Assembly (NCBI GenBank): GCA_963665615.2
Contig: CAXXQE010000001.1
Coordinates: 761,151-825,150, forward strand
From: Syntrophales bacterium
GTDB lineage: Bacteria > Desulfobacterota > Syntrophia > Syntrophales > UBA4778
Reading direction: 5' to 3'
Length of the DNA: 64,000 bases
The notes below the pieces were generated by a model. The model worked only from the letters and a program-made list of their open reading frames with translations. It had not been told where the DNA came from and ran no database searches. This document shows positions 59,026 through 64,000 of the stretch, piece by piece (the stretch's first letter is position 1; the number at the start of each line of letters is the position of its first letter). The position numbers and the translations under genes are program-made.

Positions 59026-59611
59026 CTGGATTCCCGCCTCCGCGGGAAAGACACAGACTTGTTGCTGTTGTGATGTGTTGGATGCCTTAAGGCATGTATG
59101 TATTTTAGGTAATATGTACGAAACCTCAATCGATGTCATCCCCGCGAAAGCGGGGATCCAGGAAGACTATGAAAGTATATTATGTCTATATCCTGGCCAG
59201 CAGGCAGAACGGTACGCTTTATATCGGAGTGACTAGCGATTTGATTCGGCGCGTATATGAGCACAAAAAACATATGGTCGAAGGTTTTACCACGAAATAT
59301 CAGGTCGGCTTGCTTGTCTACTATGAGACTTACGGAGATGTGCACGATGCGCTGAATCGGGAGAAGACCATGAAAAAGTGGAACAGAACGTGGAAACTTG
59401 CTCTGATCGAGAAGCACAATCCGGGTTGGGATGATCTATATGAGAAACTGGTTTAGATGAAAAGCCCTGGATTCCCGCCTCCGCGGGAATGACAGCGCCA
59501 TAGTGTTGTTGTGCTGGTTTTAATAATTGCGAAACGCGGAAGTGACCTGAAATAAAATGCACAAAACATCAATCCATGTCATCCTCGCGAAAGCGGGGAC
59601 CCAGGAAGCCT
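59026..59611. mobile_element. GIY-YIG cassette flanked by ~144-bp direct repeats, each containing a dRS3-like inverted pair
   Basis: Units 59026..59168 and 59467..59611: CTGGATTCCCGCCTCCGCGGGAA.GAC ... GTCATCC.CGCGAAAGCGGGGA.CCAGGAAG. Confidence 0.75.
59169..59456 (+). CDS. GIY-YIG nuclease family protein
   Basis: YYVYILAS..NGTLYIGVTSDL.RRVYEHK...GFT.KY.V..LVYYE...REK..KKWNR.WK..LIEK.NP.W.DL. Confidence 0.93.
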   Translation: MKVYYVYILASRQNGTLYIGVTSDLIRRVYEHKKHMVEGFTTKYQVGLLVYYETYGDVHDALNREKTMKKWNRTWKLALIEKHNPGWDDLYEKLV

Positions 59612-59634
59612 GTCGTTGCGTTACTTTTTAAGCC

Positions 59635-59689
59635 TGTCACCTGTCACTCGTGACTTGTCACCATTTACCATTTACTGTTTACTGTTCCT
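59635..59689 (-). repeat. Orphan hybrid heptamer arm upstream of polA
   Basis: tgtcacc-tgtcact-cgtgact-tgtcacc-atttacc-atttact-gtttact-gttcct. Confidence 0.8.
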
Positions 59690-59700
59690 GAGAATAAAAA

Positions 59701-62373
59701 ATGACCGAACCCATTAATAGCAAACCCACCCTCTACGTGATCGACGGGAGCAACTGTGTCTATCGGGCCTTTTATGCGATCAGGCAGCTGTCGAACTCGA
59801 AGGGCTTTCCCACTAACGCGATCTATGGCTTTATCAACATGCTGACGAAACTCTTCCGGGAAAAGAACCCCGATTACGTTATCGTGGTTTTTGATTCGAA
59901 GGGACCAACCTTCCGCTCAGAGGTTTACGAACAGTACAAGGCCCATCGGCCTGCCATGCCGGATACGCTGGTTCCCCAATTCCCCTACATCAAGGAGATC
60001 GTCAGGGCCTTTGCAGTCCCGCTCCTGGAACAGCCGGGGATCGAAGCGGACGATATCATCGGGTCCATCGCGCGCCAGGCGGAGGCTAAGGGACTGCGAA
60101 CGGTCATCGTCTCCGGCGACAAGGATCTGATGCAGCTTGTGACTGACGATATCGTCATGCTCGACACCATGAAGGACAAGACATACGATATTGCCGGCGT
60201 GAAGGAGCGTTTCGGCGTGGCGCCGGAACAGGTGGCGGATATTTTAGGGCTCATGGGAGACACGTCGGACAACATTCCCGGTGTGCCGGGCATCGGCGAG
60301 AAAACGGCTCTGAATCTCATCACGGAGTTCGGATCGGTGGATGGCGTGCTTCAGAATATCCAGAAGGTCAAGAGCACGAAGATCCGCGAGTCGCTGGAGA
60401 AGAACGCGGATCTGGCGCGCCTCAGTCGTGAGCTGGCGACGCTGAAGCTTGATCTGGACATCGACTTCGATCTGGAAGACGCCCGTTATACCGAACCGGA
60501 CCGGGAACGCCTTCGAGAACTCTATCGGGAATGTGAGTTTTCGTCCCTCATTAAAGACCTCAATATTCGCGAGGAGCAGCCAATCGGCCGCTACCGAGTC
60601 CTCACCACGCATGACGATCTGAAGGCGGTCTTGAAAGAGATGGCGAGCAAAGATGTCGTGGCGTTTTCTCTGGAACTGGATTCGGACACTGCTATGACGG
60701 CGGAGGTCGTGGGACTATCGCTTTGCGCTGAGCCGGGGAAGGCCTGTTATATTCCTGTTGGCGAAGGCTCTGGAGAGATTGAACCAAACTATGTCTGGGA
60801 GAAGATCGCAGCCGTCATGGGCAATAGCCATATCCTTAAACATGGTCACGACCTCAAGCGCACCTTGATTGTCCTTGCCCGCAAGGGGATTCACCTGACA
60901 GGACTTGGCTGCGATACGATGGTGGGCTCCTATGTGCTTGATCCCTCACGACGAGGGCACGAGCTGACAGAGATCGCCTGCGATGTTCTCAATGTAGAAT
61001 TGCAGCCAATGAGCGATCTGACGGGAACCGGCGCTAAAAAGACTGACTTGAGGATGTTTTCGCCGGCGCAGGTGATGCCGTATTCCTGCCGGCAGGCAGA
61101 TACCGTGCTGGCGCTGGCCGGTGTCCTGACTGAAAAGATCGAGGAGGCGGGATTGGGTCCTCTCTATGCCGGTATCGAGATGCCGCTGGTCGAGGTGTTG
61201 GCGGATATGGAGAGAAAAGGCGTTCTAGTGGATCGCAAATTGCTGGCAGAGATGTCCGGTCAGTTCGAAAAGCTCCTTGGCCTTTCGGAAGAGAAGATCT
61301 ACGGACTTGCCGGCGAGCGCTTCAATGTCAATTCTCCAAAGCAACTCCAATGCATCCTCTTCGAAAAGCTCGGACTTCCCAAGGGCAAGAAGACGAAGAG
61401 CGGCTATTCAACGGATGTCGATGTCCTGACCTTTCTGGCGGAGAGCTACGAACTGCCCGCCGAGATCCTGTCCTATCGGAGTATATCGAAACTAAAATCG
61501 ACTTACGTCGATGCCTTGCCGACCATGATCAATGCAGAGACGGGCCGAATTCATACGTCGTACAATCAGACGGTCACGGCAACGGGGCGGCTTTCCAGCA
61601 GCGATCCCAATCTCCAGAATATTCCGATCCGGGGAACCGAGGGGAAGCGCATCCGTCAGGCCTTTGTGGCGCCGGAGGGCTATGAGATCGTCTCAGCCGA
61701 CTACTCGCAGATCGAACTGCGCATCCTGGCGCACATCACGGACGATCCGGCCTTGATCGCGTTTTTCCGCTCCGGTGAAGACATTCATGCGCGGACGGCA
61801 GCTGATATCTTTGGCGTGATGCCGGGCATGGTTACGCCGGATATGCGTCGGCAGGCCAAGGTCATCAATTTCGGGATCATCTATGGCATGAGCCCCTTCG
61901 GGCTGTCTAAGGAACTCGGCGTCTCGCAGGCCCAGGCCAAGACCTTCATCGATAGATACCTCTCGGAGTTCAAAGGTGTTCATCGCTATATGGAGGATGT
62001 TGTGCGGCTGGCACGGGAGAAAGGCTATGTCAGTACGATGTTCAACCGCCGCCGCTATCTGCCGGAGATTAACAGCGACAACCACGCCGTGCGCCAGTTT
62101 GCCGAACGGATGGCGATCAATACGCCGATACAGGGAACGGCGGCGGATCTGATCAAGTCGGCTATGATCCATATCGCGCGCAAACTCAAGAAGAAGCACA
62201 TGAAGACCGAAATGATTATGCAGGTTCACGACGAACTCGTTTTTGAGGTGCCTCATGCTGAAAAGGATGCTGCGCTTCAATTGATCAAGGGCGAAATGGA
62301 AGGGGTTATTGCTTTTAAGGTGCCGTTGAAGGTTGGGATTCATTCAGGCAGGAATTGGGATGAAGCACATTAG
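59701..62373 (+). CDS. polA: DNA polymerase I
   Basis: 5'-3' exonuclease (YRAFYA, EADD, GDKD, GDTSDNIPGVPGIG), TGRLSS.DPNLQNIP, DYSQIELR, AK..NFGIIYG, QVHDEL. Confidence 0.98.
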   Translation: MTEPINSKPTLYVIDGSNCVYRAFYAIRQLSNSKGFPTNAIYGFINMLTKLFREKNPDYVIVVFDSKGPTFRSEVYEQYKAHRPAMPDTLVPQFPYIKEIVRAFAVPLLEQPGIEADDIIGSIARQAEAKGLRTVIVSGDKDLMQLVTDDIVMLDTMKDKTYDIAGVKERFGVAPEQVADILGLMGDTSDNIPGVPGIGEKTALNLITEFGSVDGVLQNIQKVKSTKIRESLEKNADLARLSRELATLKLDLDIDFDLEDARYTEPDRERLRELYRECEFSSLIKDLNIREEQPIGRYRVLTTHDDLKAVLKEMASKDVVAFSLELDSDTAMTAEVVGLSLCAEPGKACYIPVGEGSGEIEPNYVWEKIAAVMGNSHILKHGHDLKRTLIVLARKGIHLTGLGCDTMVGSYVLDPSRRGHELTEIACDVLNVELQPMSDLTGTGAKKTDLRMFSPAQVMPYSCRQADTVLALAGVLTEKIEEAGLGPLYAGIEMPLVEVLADMERKGVLVDRKLLAEMSGQFEKLLGLSEEKIYGLAGERFNVNSPKQLQCILFEKLGLPKGKKTKSGYSTDVDVLTFLAESYELPAEILSYRSISKLKSTYVDALPTMINAETGRIHTSYNQTVTATGRLSSSDPNLQNIPIRGTEGKRIRQAFVAPEGYEIVSADYSQIELRILAHITDDPALIAFFRSGEDIHARTAADIFGVMPGMVTPDMRRQAKVINFGIIYGMSPFGLSKELGVSQAQAKTFIDRYLSEFKGVHRYMEDVVRLAREKGYVSTMFNRRRYLPEINSDNHAVRQFAERMAINTPIQGTAADLIKSAMIHIARKLKKKHMKTEMIMQVHDELVFEVPHAEKDAALQLIKGEMEGVIAFKVPLKVGIHSGRNWDEAH

Positions 62374-62521
62374 GCGGTTGGTTCATATGCGGCACCTGTC
62401 CTCGCGCAGGTGGGGATTGCGCTATGGGCCGTGGTTAACTCTACACGCTCCGCTCCCTGGTCCTTCCCGATAACGACCTCGGGACAAGCGAACGCCTTGC
62501 CTCTGAACCTTTCTAAGCCTA
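62371..62521. repeat. Degenerate MITE-like element after polA, probably related to 41056..41187
   Basis: TAGGC...GGTTCA / TGAACC...GCCTA ends; CGCCTTGC near the right end mirrors GCAAGGCG of the 41-kb element. Confidence 0.4.
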
Positions 62522-62572
62522 AAAAGAATTTGAGGGTGGTAGAGTAATGTCCTTGTAAGGAGCGCAAGCGAC

Positions 62573-63706
62573 GTGGCAATCTCTCAATCATACAGTCTGA
62601 CACGGTCTGAGAAGGCGGTCGGTTCGCTGGTTCTGGCAGTGGCCGGACGTCTCGACGTCAAGGCGGTCCACGCCTTTGAAGTCGAGACGGCGTCGATTTT
62701 CAGCGGTGCTGTGCCGGAGCAATTGACTATCGATCTGTCGGGATTGAATCATGCCGACAGCGCCGGCGCGCTTGCGCTGATCCGGTTGGAGCGCCAGGCT
62801 CGCGATCATGCCATACCGTTTGCATTTATCGGGATAAACGACGTTGTTGGCGGCATGATCAACCTGATTGATCGCGATGCACTTGTCCGGGCGCCCATCT
62901 ATCGTGAGAAGGCGGCGCCATCCGTGCTCGAAAGCTTCGGTGACGCGATCGACAAGGTGTGCAGGGATTTCGTCTCGGTCATGACCTTTCTTGGCGAGTT
63001 CCTTATCGCCTTAGGTTCTGCCCTGTCACGTCCCGGCGCGATCCGTTGGTCGGAAACGTTCTTCTATATGCGCAAGGCGGGTGTCGAAGCCCTGCCGATC
63101 GTGGGGCTGATCAGCCTGCTTATCGGTTTGATTATGGCCTTCATGTCATCTCTTCAGCTCAAGCAATTCGGCGCCAATATCTATGTCGCCTCCCTGGTCG
63201 GCATTTCCATTGTCAAGGAGCTCGGTCCGATGATGACGGCCATCATTGTTGCCGGTCGCTCCGGTTCGGCCTTTGCCGCCGAGATCGGCACCATGATGGT
63301 GAATGAGGAAGTGGATGCGCTCGTGACCATGGGGTTCAACCCGATGTCCTTTCTAGCGCTTCCCAAGGTAATCGCGTCGATTGCGGTTGTTCCGCTGCTC
63401 ACGCTTTACTCGATGATGTTCGGTATCCTGGGGGGATTGCTGGTAGGGTTAGTCGGTCTGGACCTGACGCTTTACACCTATCTGCAGAATACGTTCAACA
63501 GTATCGATATATGGGATGTATTAATCAGCCTCATTAAATCCGCGGTATTTGCTGCGCTGATCGCCGGGATCGGCTGTCAGCGTGGATTTAAAGTCTTACG
63601 GGGGGCCGAAGCAGTCGGAGAGGCAACGACCTCTGCAGTCGTTGCAGCGATTTTTTTGATTATTGTAGCTGATTCATTGTTCGCGATCGTCACGCACTAT
63701 CTGTAA
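62573..63706 (+). CDS. mlaE: MlaE-family ABC permease with N-terminal STAS domain
   Basis: IDLSGL...DSAG STAS; ELGPMMTAIIVAGRSGSAFAAEIGTM..NEEVDAL; VGEATTSAVV. Confidence 0.92.
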   Translation: MAISQSYSLTRSEKAVGSLVLAVAGRLDVKAVHAFEVETASIFSGAVPEQLTIDLSGLNHADSAGALALIRLERQARDHAIPFAFIGINDVVGGMINLIDRDALVRAPIYREKAAPSVLESFGDAIDKVCRDFVSVMTFLGEFLIALGSALSRPGAIRWSETFFYMRKAGVEALPIVGLISLLIGLIMAFMSSLQLKQFGANIYVASLVGISIVKELGPMMTAIIVAGRSGSAFAAEIGTMMVNEEVDALVTMGFNPMSFLALPKVIASIAVVPLLTLYSMMFGILGGLLVGLVGLDLTLYTYLQNTFNSIDIWDVLISLIKSAVFAALIAGIGCQRGFKVLRGAEAVGEATTSAVVAAIFLIIVADSLFAIVTHYL

Positions 63707-63718
63707 TCGGCAAAGGAT

Positions 63719-64000
63719 ATGGAACAGAACAACCGAGAACCGTTGATTGTTGTGGATCATCTTCTGGCGGCATACGGCGATGATGTCATTCTGCAGGATG
63801 TGTCCTTCGCAGTGGCGTCTGGAGAAATTCTCGCTATCGTCGGCGGCAGCGGATGCGGCAAGTCAACCCTCCTGAAGTACATGATCGGGCTTTATCGCGC
63901 CGAACAGGGACGCGTCCTGATTAACGGGGTGGACCTGATGACACTCGACGACGAGGCGCTGAACCGGAAACGCCTTGGGTTTGGTGTTCTCTTTCAATCC
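63719..64000 (+). CDS. mlaF: MlaF-family ABC ATPase, 3'-truncated by window edge
   Basis: MEQNNREPLIVVDHL...GEILAIVGGSGCGKSTLLK Walker A. Confidence 0.9.
   Translation, partial: MEQNNREPLIVVDHLLAAYGDDVILQDVSFAVASGEILAIVGGSGCGKSTLLKYMIGLYRAEQGRVLINGVDLMTLDDEALNRKRLGFGVLFQS

Noticed and set aside
44038..59689. Heptamer arrays or dRS3-like units as a CRISPR array
   Set aside because: No constant ~25-40-bp repeats with regular unique spacers, and no cas genes.

Overview
64-kb bacterial chromosome segment, probably from an anaerobic deltaproteobacterium (Syntrophales/Desulfobacterota-like; inferred from the Ahb heme pathway, CcsA, PEP-CTERM and sigma54 activator). (1) 1-23.8 kb: anaerobic catabolic region with two tandem glycyl radical enzymes carrying atypical Cys loops, their activase, a PAS-sigma54 activator, a broken CaiC-like CoA ligase next to an IS3 remnant, a DUF4125/TPR/DUF4037/epimerase module, a divergent 4-hydroxybutyryl-CoA dehydratase-like enzyme, SDR, acyl-CoA dehydrogenase, thiolase, SnoaL-like protein, MCP and CoA transferase. 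(2) 24-31.6 kb: B12 radical SAM gene with a divergent two-component system, and a cold-shock module (Csp, RRM, small ORF, DEAD helicase). (3) 31.7-38.5 kb: integrase-less island at tRNA-Phe bounded by a ~265-bp diverged duplication (GlgA-like, nitroreductase, DinB, flavin reductase). (4) 38.8-64 kb: housekeeping genes and the heme operon (sirC/cysG-N, ccsA, hemA, hemC, cobA-hemD, ahbC, hemB, ahbD, ahbA), then polA and mlaE/F. The most striking unexplained structure is in the heme operon. Six consecutive gene junctions carry inverted arms made of tandem 7-mers, which start at the upstream stop codon and end near the downstream RBS. They enclose a short spacer, a four-helix-bundle (IVS/Avd-like) gene, or 7.4 kb of cargo that includes a SIR2-STAND-TPR-OB candidate defence gene. 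MITEs and REP-like palindromes are nested in and around these arms. All product calls come from motifs recognised by eye; no database searches were run.
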